From the IMG/VR virus record IMGVR_UViG_3300048851_000077, positions 1 through 40,883 of that record: a stretch of DNA of 40,883 bases. The stretch is one strand, 5' to 3'. Positions 1-8,392 of the stretch are shown here, one piece after another. The notes below the pieces were generated by a model. That model saw only the letters and a program-made list of their open reading frames with translations, had not been told where the DNA came from and did not search any database. How positions within the stretch are numbered: position 1 is the stretch's first letter; the number at the start of each line of letters is the position of its first letter. This stretch comes from a virus (taxonomy: Duplodnaviria; Caudoviricetes). The position numbers and the translations under genes were made by a program.

Positions 1-127
1 TCCTCCCGGTTTGTCTCCACCTCAGCCTTGCGGCCCCGCTTGAGTTCCTGCGGATTTCGCCCTCTGGCCCGCGCGACTTCGGCTTCGTCGGCAAAGCCCG
101 CCTTAACCAGCAGCTCCCACGCCGATG
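1..127. repeat. 127-bp terminal direct repeat (identical to 40757-40883); circular-contig overlap
   Basis: Exact identity of the first and last 127 nt; the portal reading frame continues across the join. Confidence 0.95.
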
Positions 128-1430
128 CTTCATGTACGGGGTTAATCCAGGGCATGACCGGCCCTTGATAGATCGCGCCGTAGACCGTGCGCGGGTCGAC
201 GTCGCCGGGCACTTTGATAACCCCGCTGACAATCGCCATCTGCAACCAGCTGCGGTACACGCGGCGGCACCAGCTGTCGATAAAGTCGTGCTGTAGCTGG
301 TCGTAACCCAACTGCGACTCGACCAGCTCTTGGCGCTGGGCCGAGTACGTGCCGTCATAGCTACGCGACAAGGTGGAATACCCAACACGCGCGCCGGCCG
401 CGACCGCCTTCAACTGGCCGTTCCTGAAGCCTTCCAAGAATGGGTTGGGACGATTGCTTTCGATCATGCCGACGTCTTCACCCGGCATCAGGGTGTCAAT
501 CACCATGCCCGGGGCAATCGGAAAACTGCGCGCCGCTGGCAACCTGCCGTTGGCATCTGGCGTCGGGGCCACGTAGTCGTCGGGAACCCCCTTTTTGATG
601 TACATCGCCAATGCCGCACTAATCCGCGCCGCGACCCGCTCGCTTTCCTCGTAATCCTTGATATCTGCCAAACGCATCATCACCGCGTGTAGCAGCGGCT
701 GGCCTCGGTTCTGCCCGATGCGTTTGCGATACGCGACGTGGATCATCTGTTCGGCCGGAATCCGCTTGGTGTCCTGTGCCAAGGCCATGCCCAACGCGCC
801 GCCAGGATGCTGCTTAAGGACGTGGTAGGCCTTCACCCGTCGCCAGCTATTGCGCTCGATGCCCTGATAAATCCCCTTGGCAAGGTCAGTCTTGTCCCAA
901 GGCAACAGATCCGGCTCCATCAGCTCCAGCGCATAAGGCACCGCGTGCAAGTGCTCATAGTTGGGCACCTTGCCGCGCAGCTCTTGCGCCAGGGATTCGC
1001 CGTCGCGCAGCCAGGTGCGGCACATCACACGTTCCATCATGGGTCGGGACAATTCGCCCGACGCCTCGGGACTGATCGACCATTCGGCCCACTGCCCTTT
1101 AACCTCGGCGGCGAACTCCTTGTGAATCGATCCGGCGTAGTCCAGCGGAATGGGCTCGACCGAGATACCCGAGCCACCGACCACCCGTTCCTCCAGGCGG
1201 TCAAACAGCCCCGTGACAATGTCGTGGTCTTCGTCGAGTTTGCGGCTCTGTTCGCGCAACGACTTGCCCGCATACTGCAACGCGACGTTGGCATCGCGCG
1301 GCTGCTTTTTCGCCTTGTGAGTTCGGCTGACGTGGGCCGCCTCAAACGCCTGAATCACGTTTCGTGCCCGTAGCCGCTCGGCCACTATCCCCGGAAACAG
1401 GGGGGCCAGCACCTTGTCCAGCAGGTTCAA
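1..1430 (-). CDS. Lambda-family portal protein, N-terminal part (TTG start 1430; continues across the origin to stop at 40618; ~522 aa)
   Basis: Manual translation (LNLLDKVLAPLFP...AGFADEAEVARARGRNP); lies after terminase and gpW; absent from the ORF track because it wraps. Confidence 0.9.
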   Translation of the reverse strand, partial: MNLLDKVLAPLFPGIVAERLRARNVIQAFEAAHVSRTHKAKKQPRDANVALQYAGKSLREQSRKLDEDHDIVTGLFDRLEERVVGGSGISVEPIPLDYAGSIHKEFAAEVKGQWAEWSISPEASGELSRPMMERVMCRTWLRDGESLAQELRGKVPNYEHLHAVPYALELMEPDLLPWDKTDLAKGIYQGIERNSWRRVKAYHVLKQHPGGALGMALAQDTKRIPAEQMIHVAYRKRIGQNRGQPLLHAVMMRLADIKDYEESERVAARISAALAMYIKKGVPDDYVAPTPDANGRLPAARSFPIAPGMVIDTLMPGEDVGMIESNRPNPFLEGFRNGQLKAVAAGARVGYSTLSRSYDGTYSAQRQELVESQLGYDQLQHDFIDSWCRRVYRSWLQMAIVSGVIKVPGDVDPRTVYGAIYQGPVMPWINPVHEASAWELLVKAGFADEAEVARARGRNPQELKRGRKAEVETNRE

Positions 1431-1639
1431 GGGAACTCAGCCAAGGAATAACCCCGGCTCCCCGCCGCTGCCGCGTTTTGCGCGCGCAGCTTCTGCTCCC
1501 ATTCCTGCCGACCCGCCCGAATTGCCGGCAGATCCGACATGACCGCCTTGCGACCGTTGAACATCGTTTCCTGACCGAACAGCACCGCCTCTTCGGCTTC
1601 CAGGTACTTGTCGATCATCCTTTGGGCATCTACAGCCAT
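1427..1639 (-). CDS. Head completion / head-tail joining protein (gpW-like), 70 aa
   Basis: Small ORF between terminase and portal, overlapping both; YLEAEEAVLFGQ motif. Confidence 0.75.
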   Translation of the reverse strand: MAVDAQRMIDKYLEAEEAVLFGQETMFNGRKAVMSDLPAIRAGRQEWEQKLRAQNAAAAGSRGYSLAEFP

Positions 1640-3720
1640 GGGTTGCCTCCGGGTTCAAACCACCCCCCTGACTCGGCGGGCTGTGCAGGTAATGGCGCAG
1701 GCGCAGCCAGCGGAACCGGGACCGCTGCGGACAGCGGCTCAGGCTCGGCGCGGGGCACCGGCTCAGGGGTTTCTTGAGAGGGAACAGGCGGAACGTGCCA
1801 TGCACCCGACGGCAGTTGCTGGGCCAGCAGGTCCAGATTCATGCCGAAGCGTTGTTGCGTGATGCGTAACGCGGCCAGCGCATAGACAAAACAGTCGAGC
1901 GCTTCGTTACGGCGGCCGCCGGCATCCCAGCGCTGTACGCGCCGATGCTTGACGATCACCCACTTGCGCCGCTCTGCGGTCAGTTGCCGCAACTCATCCT
2001 CGCCGCACAACTCATCATTGGCGGGCAAATGAACGCAGCCAGGCACACGCACACCGGGCGCGTCTGGCTGGATCGTCAAGCGGCTGTAAATCAGCTCCTT
2101 GGCGTTATCTGTGCCGACCTCAACCAGATAGACCCGGCCGCCTTTGACCTTTGTTTTCTTACGCGGCCATGTCGCAATCGGTTTGCCGTAGGTCGAGGCA
2201 CCAAACACGGGAATAATCCAGTTCACCCCGTGTTTGATGCTCTCTTCGCGCACCTCGTCCGAGTAGTGGCCGCCTTGGTCCCAGCACGCGCGCTCCAGCG
2301 TCATGACGACGCCGTCTTCTCGGACGAACCGTTTTTTCAGTTCAAGGCCGACTTTCTTGCGCAACTCGACGCTGGCCGGATCGCCTTGCAGAATGAACTT
2401 GTGAATAAGCCACGATTCTTCGCCGGCCCCAAAACCCCAGAATCGACCCTCGTAGCGGTCGTCTTGGGTGTCGATACCACCAAAGATTGCGACCACCCAG
2501 GCCGGCACCTCGGGATACACCTCGCGGCGCGCTTGGAGCTGCTGCCACTCCAGCTGCTCGCCCTGATCCTCTTCCCAGGCTTCGCCCAACGTGGTGTTGA
2601 TGAACGTCTTGAGCTTGCCCCGATCCTTCTTGATCTTGACCCACTCGCTGACCACCTCAGCCCAGGTCACGAACTCTGAATAGGCTGTCCAGATGTGGAA
2701 AGTCACCGAGCGCGGCGGCTTCATCGGCTGGTCTGCGCGGGTAAACCAGTCCATGCCGTCCCGCGTCCAGATTCCCGAGCGCTCGCAGATGTAGCGGCCG
2801 GTTACCGAGGCGCTAATCATTTGGTGATATTCAAACGTGCAGCCCAGCCCACCCTCGCAGGCGTACCACGCATTTTTGACAGCACCAAGGTCGTCGTATG
2901 ACCATTTGATACCGAACGGCGTCTCGGGGTCGCCCCATTTCAGATGCTGTTCAGTGCCGCAATGCGGGCACTTGATGTTGAAGCGCAGCAGGTGCGGGGA
3001 GTCGTCCGCCGCCCGCGTGATCTGGCAGCCCTCGCCTGACGTTTCTTCACCCTCAACGACCGGAACAATCGTCGTGGGGGTCGAACCGCGAATCGACTTT
3101 TTGAACGTGGCCCCTTCCAGGCGCTTGTCACCCAGGATCGTCGGGGCACCCTCACCCTCGATATCCGCGTCGAACTTCGACAGCTCGTCATAAATCACTT
3201 CGTCCGGGCTTTTCTCCCGGTAGTTCTTGGCAGCCGTGCCGCCCAGACACCACAGCATTTTGGCGTTATCGAAACGCTTTTCATCGAGCGTATTATCTCG
3301 ATGCTTGGTGCCGTACCAAGGGGCCAACGCTCTCAGCACAGGCACGTCGCGGATCATCCCTTCGATGTGCCGCTTCATCATGCCGTCCGCGTCACCGTCA
3401 GTCGGGCACCACGCCAAGACGTTCCGCTTTTTGTGCTGGATCTTGTAGCCCATGTTTGCCATGAGCATCTTGGTGTAGCCGACCCGTGCCGATTTCAGCA
3501 CGTTCACTTCGGCTATCAGGTCGTTGCCCATCGCGTTGAGAATCGCGACCTGAAACGACGCCGTGGTCCATTTGCCTTCTTGATACGATGACTCGGACGA
3601 CATGTAGAAATGTTCGTCGGCCCATTCCACTGCGGTTAACGGCGGCTCTTTGTAGAGCCCATCAAGCCCCTTTCGGATGCTTTCAGTCAGGGCCGTCATC
3701 CAGCTTGGAAAGGAACTCAT
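1630..3720 (-). CDS. Terminase large subunit, lambda gpA family
   Basis: KSARVGYTKM Walker A, YDELSKFD Walker B, CPHCG zinc motif, GIDTQ nuclease motif, RNEALDCFVYA C-terminal motif. Confidence 0.97.
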   Translation of the reverse strand: MSSFPSWMTALTESIRKGLDGLYKEPPLTAVEWADEHFYMSSESSYQEGKWTTASFQVAILNAMGNDLIAEVNVLKSARVGYTKMLMANMGYKIQHKKRNVLAWCPTDGDADGMMKRHIEGMIRDVPVLRALAPWYGTKHRDNTLDEKRFDNAKMLWCLGGTAAKNYREKSPDEVIYDELSKFDADIEGEGAPTILGDKRLEGATFKKSIRGSTPTTIVPVVEGEETSGEGCQITRAADDSPHLLRFNIKCPHCGTEQHLKWGDPETPFGIKWSYDDLGAVKNAWYACEGGLGCTFEYHQMISASVTGRYICERSGIWTRDGMDWFTRADQPMKPPRSVTFHIWTAYSEFVTWAEVVSEWVKIKKDRGKLKTFINTTLGEAWEEDQGEQLEWQQLQARREVYPEVPAWVVAIFGGIDTQDDRYEGRFWGFGAGEESWLIHKFILQGDPASVELRKKVGLELKKRFVREDGVVMTLERACWDQGGHYSDEVREESIKHGVNWIIPVFGASTYGKPIATWPRKKTKVKGGRVYLVEVGTDNAKELIYSRLTIQPDAPGVRVPGCVHLPANDELCGEDELRQLTAERRKWVIVKHRRVQRWDAGGRRNEALDCFVYALAALRITQQRFGMNLDLLAQQLPSGAWHVPPVPSQETPEPVPRAEPEPLSAAVPVPLAAPAPLPAQPAESGGWFEPGGNPWL

Positions 3721-4237
3721 CTAAAAACCCCGGTAGACGGTCGGCCAGCTCGACCGCCTGGTTACGCGTAACGGCCACCTCGCGTTGCACCGCCTCAAGG
3801 TGACGGGGCTCGATATCCGGGCACTTGCGCTTGACCTTCACATGGATGGTGTCGAGGGTTGAGCCGAGCGTGGCGCTCAACTTGCCCAAGGCGAACAGGC
3901 AAAAATCGACGGGAACCAGCTTCTTGGCCCTGACCTGATTTCGCATTGCCTGCGCGTCGGCCTGCTCAGTGGTCAGGCGCAATTTCTGTTGCGCCTGCTT
4001 GTACTCAATGAGCGGGTCGAGCGGATTGCCTTCATCGTCGACAGGTTGATCTTTCGTGCCCTGATGTTTCAGCCGGTTAGCCAACACCGATTTGGCGTCG
4101 TAGAACGCCTCTCGGCCGATCCTTGCGACCGGCTCGACGCGCCATTTATCAAAGGCTTGCACGGATATTCCCAGGCTCGCCGCCATGCGCGACTTGTTCA
4201 GCCAGCCAGGCTGCTGGGTGATGGACTTGGTTGTCAT
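3683..4237 (-). CDS. Terminase small subunit (Nu1-like)
   Basis: N-terminal wHTH (LNKSRMAASLGISVQAFDKW), coiled coil, directly upstream of gpA. Confidence 0.9.
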   Translation of the reverse strand: MTTKSITQQPGWLNKSRMAASLGISVQAFDKWRVEPVARIGREAFYDAKSVLANRLKHQGTKDQPVDDEGNPLDPLIEYKQAQQKLRLTTEQADAQAMRNQVRAKKLVPVDFCLFALGKLSATLGSTLDTIHVKVKRKCPDIEPRHLEAVQREVAVTRNQAVELADRLPGFLDEFLSKLDDGPD

Positions 4238-4261
4238 GATTTAAACAACAACCTCGATTCA

Positions 4262-4345
4262 AAAATGGGTCATATGTAGCGAAACAGCGGGGCTCGAATT
4301 ACCCCCAATGGGGGGGTATGCCCGGGAGTACCTTTTGGGAAAAGG
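4262..4345 (-). other. Putative cos packaging region
   Basis: Intergenic just upstream of the small terminase, as in lambda; AGGTACT resembles cosQ GGGTCCT and is followed by a G-rich cosN-like stretch; nick site not determinable. Confidence 0.45.
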
Positions 4346-4383
4346 GCAAGCAATTTCGTGGAATTTTCAGCATTTTTTGCCCC

Positions 4384-5106
4384 TCATTTCGCGGACAGCA
4401 CAGCAGCCGTCATGGCCTTCTCGCCCTCGACTGGCAGATGGGTATGCACCTCGCGATTGGCGATACCGAAGAAGTCCAACAACGACGAGTACGACGGGTC
4501 CTTACCGAACGCGAACAGCATGTTCACCGAACCCCGCTTCTTGCCTGTACGCTCTGCAATACCGACAGCATTGGCACCTTTTCCCAGTACGAAGAACCGC
4601 TTGCTATTGGCCTGACTGCGCCTGCTGCCTGTACTGTTTGAATACTTGTCACGCTGGGCACCGAGGCCCGAAAGGATCTTCTGCATGCGTCCGCGACTTA
4701 CGTTGCCACTCGCATCAAGCTTCATCCCCTTGCCCGGCATGAGAAACTGGCCCGCAGGCAGGATGCCCCTTGCGGCCAACAACCCCTCGCTACCCTTGTG
4801 CTTGCGCCTGCCACCCATGACCTCAGGGAGTAGCCACCGTGTAGGGGGCTGCCCTTTTGAGGCATAGTCTTTGACCCACACCCGAGCCTCCAGCCGCCCT
4901 TTCTTGGCGTACCGGATGAACAGGCTGTTCAGGGTCCAACGCGTGGGCCGGTCGAATACGGCCTTCATCGCCTCGACCTCGGCCCGCTCCACCAGGGCGG
5001 CGGTCTTGTTCAGCGCCGTGGCCGTGGCGAACGGCAATTGCCGCTTTTCTAGGCTGCTCAGCTTGCGACTCAGCAGGGCCGCGCCTTCCGTGGATATCCT
5101 CAACAC
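4384..5106 (-). CDS. Conserved phage protein, minor tail Z / neck-like
   Basis: QLPFATATALNKTA...FDRPTRWTLNS motif typical of genes preceding cos in such phages; GAGG RBS. Confidence 0.6.
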   Translation of the reverse strand: MLRISTEGAALLSRKLSSLEKRQLPFATATALNKTAALVERAEVEAMKAVFDRPTRWTLNSLFIRYAKKGRLEARVWVKDYASKGQPPTRWLLPEVMGGRRKHKGSEGLLAARGILPAGQFLMPGKGMKLDASGNVSRGRMQKILSGLGAQRDKYSNSTGSRRSQANSKRFFVLGKGANAVGIAERTGKKRGSVNMLFAFGKDPSYSSLLDFFGIANREVHTHLPVEGEKAMTAAVLSAK

Positions 5107-5318
5107 TGGGCGACCTCGCTGATTGTTTGAATTGGGCCGGTTACGTTTTCCGGCGTCCCTTGCTGTCGGGACCGCGCTCAGATGGCACGGCGGCCGCTTA
5201 CGGGGTCAGCAGCGAACTGACGCACTCCGGCTCCGTAATTCTCTCGACGGAACAAGCGCCCTCTGTCTTTACGCGGTCGAGGGATAGGACGCCCCTTACG
5301 GCCGGGGAGGCCTTGTGC

Positions 5319-5726
5319 TTACTTCATGGCGAAAACTCCCAAACACCAGCAAAACAGCACGCCCCAAATAACGATTTGAGCCACTGTCCAAAAAACTTTG
5401 TCAGGCCGATACCCCTTTTTGAGCGCGGGGCAGCGCATTGGCGGCGGCTCAGGGGGCGGCGGCTTGACCGGCTGGTGTTCCGCAACCCAATCGGCCATTG
5501 CCTCGGGGTCGTGAATCACCACCAGGTCAACAATGGCGGTTGGCTCGCGACGATGCTGTGAGTAGTCGACGCCTTTCACCTCGACCCGCTCCACCTTGAC
5601 GTTATGGGCCGTCAGGTCCAGCCCGGCAGCCTTGGCAGCCGCCTCGGACAGCAAGGCATTAAGGGCTGGACCGTCCAGCAGGCAGCGCACCGCTGTTTCG
5701 TTCGTGCGCTTGGGAATCACCTTCAT
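5319..5726 (-). CDS. Hypothetical membrane-anchored protein (Pro-rich linker, C-terminal TM helix)
   Basis: AGGGG RBS before ATG 5726; C-terminal hydrophobic segment VFWTVAQIVIWGVLFCWCLGVF. Confidence 0.6.
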   Translation of the reverse strand: MKVIPKRTNETAVRCLLDGPALNALLSEAAAKAAGLDLTAHNVKVERVEVKGVDYSQHRREPTAIVDLVVIHDPEAMADWVAEHQPVKPPPPEPPPMRCPALKKGYRPDKVFWTVAQIVIWGVLFCWCLGVFAMK

Positions 5727-5751
5727 AAGCCACCCCTGTGAAACGTCAGGA

Positions 5752-6318
5752 TCAAACACCGGGACTGGCGGCAGCGGTACGAGGCTCAAGCATTGCCCGC
5801 GCATTTTGCATAAGAGCATTCACCTGCACTCGCATCGCGCTCAGCAGATCCCGCTGCGTCACCACCCCATAACGTCCATCCACGCAGACCAGCTCTGCCA
5901 ACAGCTCAATGAGCGAGCTGAAATCCTTGGTTGGACCATCACCAATCCGCGAACCAATCTGGTCGAACAAGGCGCGCAAACTTGGCTCAGGCGAATGGCA
6001 AACCGGCGCAGGGACCAAGCGGCGGTCTTGCTCGGCAACCAGCGCTTTCAGATGTTGAGCCAGGCTGTGCGCGACATCATGGTTATGGTCCCGCACAGCA
6101 TGAATCGCTTGCGAAACCGCATGAATCGCTTCGGGCAGCTCACGCGGGCCCGGCTCGCTGCACAACAACGCCTCTCCGGGCTGTAGACCAGCAACGAATG
6201 CTTCAACAGGCATAGGAGTTGGCAGGCGGGCTTGGATGGCTTCGCGAATCGAAGCCGCCAAGGCCTCAGGATCGGTGCCGCTTGGTACATTGATGGTCAC
6301 ATTCAGATCATTGCGCAT
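5752..6318 (-). CDS. Hypothetical protein, 188 aa
   Basis: Co-oriented in the late operon; GGGAG RBS; overlaps the o-spanin end. Confidence 0.6.
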   Translation of the reverse strand: MRNDLNVTINVPSGTDPEALAASIREAIQARLPTPMPVEAFVAGLQPGEALLCSEPGPRELPEAIHAVSQAIHAVRDHNHDVAHSLAQHLKALVAEQDRRLVPAPVCHSPEPSLRALFDQIGSRIGDGPTKDFSSLIELLAELVCVDGRYGVVTQRDLLSAMRVQVNALMQNARAMLEPRTAAASPGV

Positions 6319-6610
6319 TGCTGGCTCCCTCGTTACGCGTCACAGACGCAGCGGCGTCCTGTTTTTGAATGCAGTCCAGCACCTGAACGGCGCAGACCGT
6401 TAAAGCGGCCTCGGTTTCATCCAAAGCCGCCGTCATGTCTTCGTTATGGCCCAGGGCTTGACGACCCGGCAGTGGGCAGGCCACTAGCGGGCACAGGTGC
6501 GGCCGATCCTGCTCGCCAAGCAACGGGATCGGTAGTGGCTGGACGGGCGTACCGCACGCCGAGAGCAACAGGAACAGGGGCAGCGAGATAAGCCCGTACT
6601 TGATCGTCAT
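6308..6610 (-). CDS. o-spanin (Rz1/LysC-like lipoprotein)
   Basis: Lipobox LLSAC, Pro-rich, CPLVAC...CAVQV motif; overlaps the i-spanin. Confidence 0.85.
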   Translation of the reverse strand: MTIKYGLISLPLFLLLSACGTPVQPLPIPLLGEQDRPHLCPLVACPLPGRQALGHNEDMTAALDETEAALTVCAVQVLDCIQKQDAAASVTRNEGASNAQ

Positions 6611-6896
6611 TGCGCTTCAACTCCGCGAAGTCTTGCCGCCACTGGGCGGCCTGCCCGGTTAGCAACTGTTGGGCTTTCTGGGTCTGGACGCTGATCTGGT
6701 CCAGCTTGGTGTCCAGGGCTCGACGGTCGGCTATCAATTGGGCTTGCTGCCCATTGATTGCAGTCAACTGATCAACCCGCTGCTGCTGGGCGGCCGCTGC
6801 TTGCTCCAGGGCATCCAGCTGCATGCGGGCACGATCCAGCTGCCACAACGACAAAAGGCCCACAAGCGCAAGCACAAGCCAGCCGTAACCATTCAT
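6444..6896 (-). CDS. i-spanin (Rz/LysB-like)
   Basis: N-terminal TM (MNGYGWLVLALVGLLSLW) plus coiled coil; AGGGG RBS. Confidence 0.85.
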   Translation of the reverse strand: MNGYGWLVLALVGLLSLWQLDRARMQLDALEQAAAAQQQRVDQLTAINGQQAQLIADRRALDTKLDQISVQTQKAQQLLTGQAAQWRQDFAELKRNDDQVRAYLAAPVPVALGVRYARPATTDPVAWRAGSAAPVPASGLPTAGSSSPGP

Positions 6897-6997
6897 ACGA
6901 ATACCCCTGCTGTGCTGGGCACCAATGCCAAAGAGGCCGCGACCATGACCACAGCCAGACTGATAAGCGCTGCACTTGCAGCGGTGTGACGGGTCAC
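6893..6997 (-). CDS. 34-aa hydrophobic peptide MTRHTAASAALISLAVVMVAASLALVPSTAGVFV
   Basis: GTGA overlap with the endolysin stop and ATGA overlap with the i-spanin start; single TM-like segment; fills the gap exactly. Confidence 0.6.
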   Translation of the reverse strand: MTRHTAASAALISLAVVMVAASLALVPSTAGVFV

Positions 6998-7521
6998 AGG
7001 TCGTACTCGCATACGGCCTGCTCAATCGCCCGGCGCTCGATGATGCCCCGGCAGTTGCTACCCGCCAGAGCGCAGTCCTTGCCAGCTACAAATCGCCATC
7101 GGGGCAACTGCCCGCAGGCGGCCCGATACTCACCTGCCCGCACGAGACGGGCAGCGGTCGAACCGCAGTATTTCGGGCCGCCGACGTTGAACGCGAACAT
7201 GCCCAAGCCCGCCTTGAACGACTCCGGGGCTCTGGACAGATCACCCGAGCATTTGTCGACGTCGCGTAGTCCGATTTGGATGGCCTCGGCGTTGCGGCGG
7301 GCGCAGCCGTCCGGCGTCTCTACGTCTCCCAGCTTCACGCCGCGAGTGATGCCCGCACAGATCGTCGGCACACCACCCGAATCGAGATAGGCGACGTAAC
7401 GCTGGCCCTCAACAACCGGAATCCCGGCGTCCATGATCTGCGTAGCAGTGCCACCAGCGGCCAGCACTGCAAGGAGGACGGCCGGAATAATCCGGTTCGC
7501 CACTTTGGCCTTGAGGCTCAT
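6994..7521 (-). CDS. SAR endolysin (GH24 lysozyme)
   Basis: E-X8-D-X5-T catalytic triad (EGQRYVAYLDSGGVPT); Ala/Gly-rich N-terminal hydrophobic anchor; GGAGG RBS. Confidence 0.92.
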   Translation of the reverse strand: MSLKAKVANRIIPAVLLAVLAAGGTATQIMDAGIPVVEGQRYVAYLDSGGVPTICAGITRGVKLGDVETPDGCARRNAEAIQIGLRDVDKCSGDLSRAPESFKAGLGMFAFNVGGPKYCGSTAARLVRAGEYRAACGQLPRWRFVAGKDCALAGSNCRGIIERRAIEQAVCEYDL

Positions 7522-7715
7522 TCCGACGCCTCCTTGCCACCCTTGCCCAGCCATTTGGACCAGATATGCCACCCGATCAGCAGCAGGCCGTAAACGATCA
7601 TCACGAATGAGGACACGTCGGAAAGGGGGTATCCGAAGACGTTGGCCGCTGCCGCAGCAGCGGGCGGCAGCGCGGCGATGCGCTCCACCAACTCAGGGGC
7701 GGCAGGGCTAGTCAT
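7518..7715 (-). CDS. Holin / pinholin
   Basis: 65 aa with a hydrophobic helix and basic C-terminus; first gene of the lysis cassette; GGAGA RBS. Confidence 0.8.
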   Translation of the reverse strand: MTSPAAPELVERIAALPPAAAAAANVFGYPLSDVSSFVMIVYGLLLIGWHIWSKWLGKGGKEASE

Positions 7716-7731
7716 GGCTTTTCTCCAGGCG

Positions 7732-7762
7732 AAAAAAAACCCCGGCCTGTGTGGGCCGGGGT
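7732..7762 (-). terminator. Late-leader intrinsic terminator (tR'-like)
   Basis: CCCCGGCC-cacaca-GGCCGGGG followed by T8. Confidence 0.85.
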
Positions 7763-7820
7763 AAAGGGAATATTTGGCTGTGCATCGTTACCGTGGCGGA
7801 ACAACACCACAATGGAGCGA

Positions 7821-7881
7821 AAGATAGGGGAAACTATCAGGCTTGTCAACAAAATGTGTAACGGTTACACCTACGGTGTAA
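7821..7881 (-). promoter_or_regulatory. Late promoter (PR'-like) with two repressor-type operators
   Basis: TTGACA(7849-7844)-17-TATCTT(7826-7821); GTCAAC-N5-GTGTAA at 7845-7861 and TTACAC-N5-GTGTAA at 7865-7881. Confidence 0.8.
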
Positions 7882-7896
7882 TTTTCGCGAGCCTCC

Positions 7897-8352
7897 TCAC
7901 AGCGCCAAAGCATCCTCCGACCGAGCCAGCAGGCACAGGCGCTCGCCTCCCCACACTCCAGCGCAGCCCCGTGGTAGAGGCTTCTGGCAGTTCTTGCAGA
8001 TCCGTCCGGCTAACTTGCCCTGCTCAATGCGCAACTTACGAACATCGTTGCGAATCAGCGTTTTGACGTACTCGGTTGCGGTATACGGCTCACCCTGAGA
8101 GCCACGGCCCGTGCGGCCTTCGTCCAGTTCCGCACGCTCGTATGGGCTAAATTTTAGTTCCAACTCCCCAACCCCGGCCGCTTTTTCGCGTTGCCGCTGG
8201 TCGCGCTTGCGCTTCGCCTCGGGACTCAAGCCGCCTTCGTCAGCTGCGTGACCCGTCACAAGGCCGTTTTCCTTTGCAATCTCAACACTGGCCGAAATGG
8301 TGGCCGCGCATTTTTCGGCGCTCTCGTGGCGTTCCAGGGCGTTCTCGGTCAT
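7897..8352 (-). CDS. Putative DNA-binding protein (basic helix + RHH-like region + C-terminal Cys4 zinc motif)
   Basis: GAGGA RBS before MTENALER; AKRKRDQRQREKAAGVGELELKF...YTATEYVKTLIRND...CKNC...C...C. Confidence 0.7.
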   Translation of the reverse strand: MTENALERHESAEKCAATISASVEIAKENGLVTGHAADEGGLSPEAKRKRDQRQREKAAGVGELELKFSPYERAELDEGRTGRGSQGEPYTATEYVKTLIRNDVRKLRIEQGKLAGRICKNCQKPLPRGCAGVWGGERLCLLARSEDALAL

Positions 8353-8392
8353 CAAAACGATCCTCTTATAGAATGGATTGGGTAAAAGGGCT

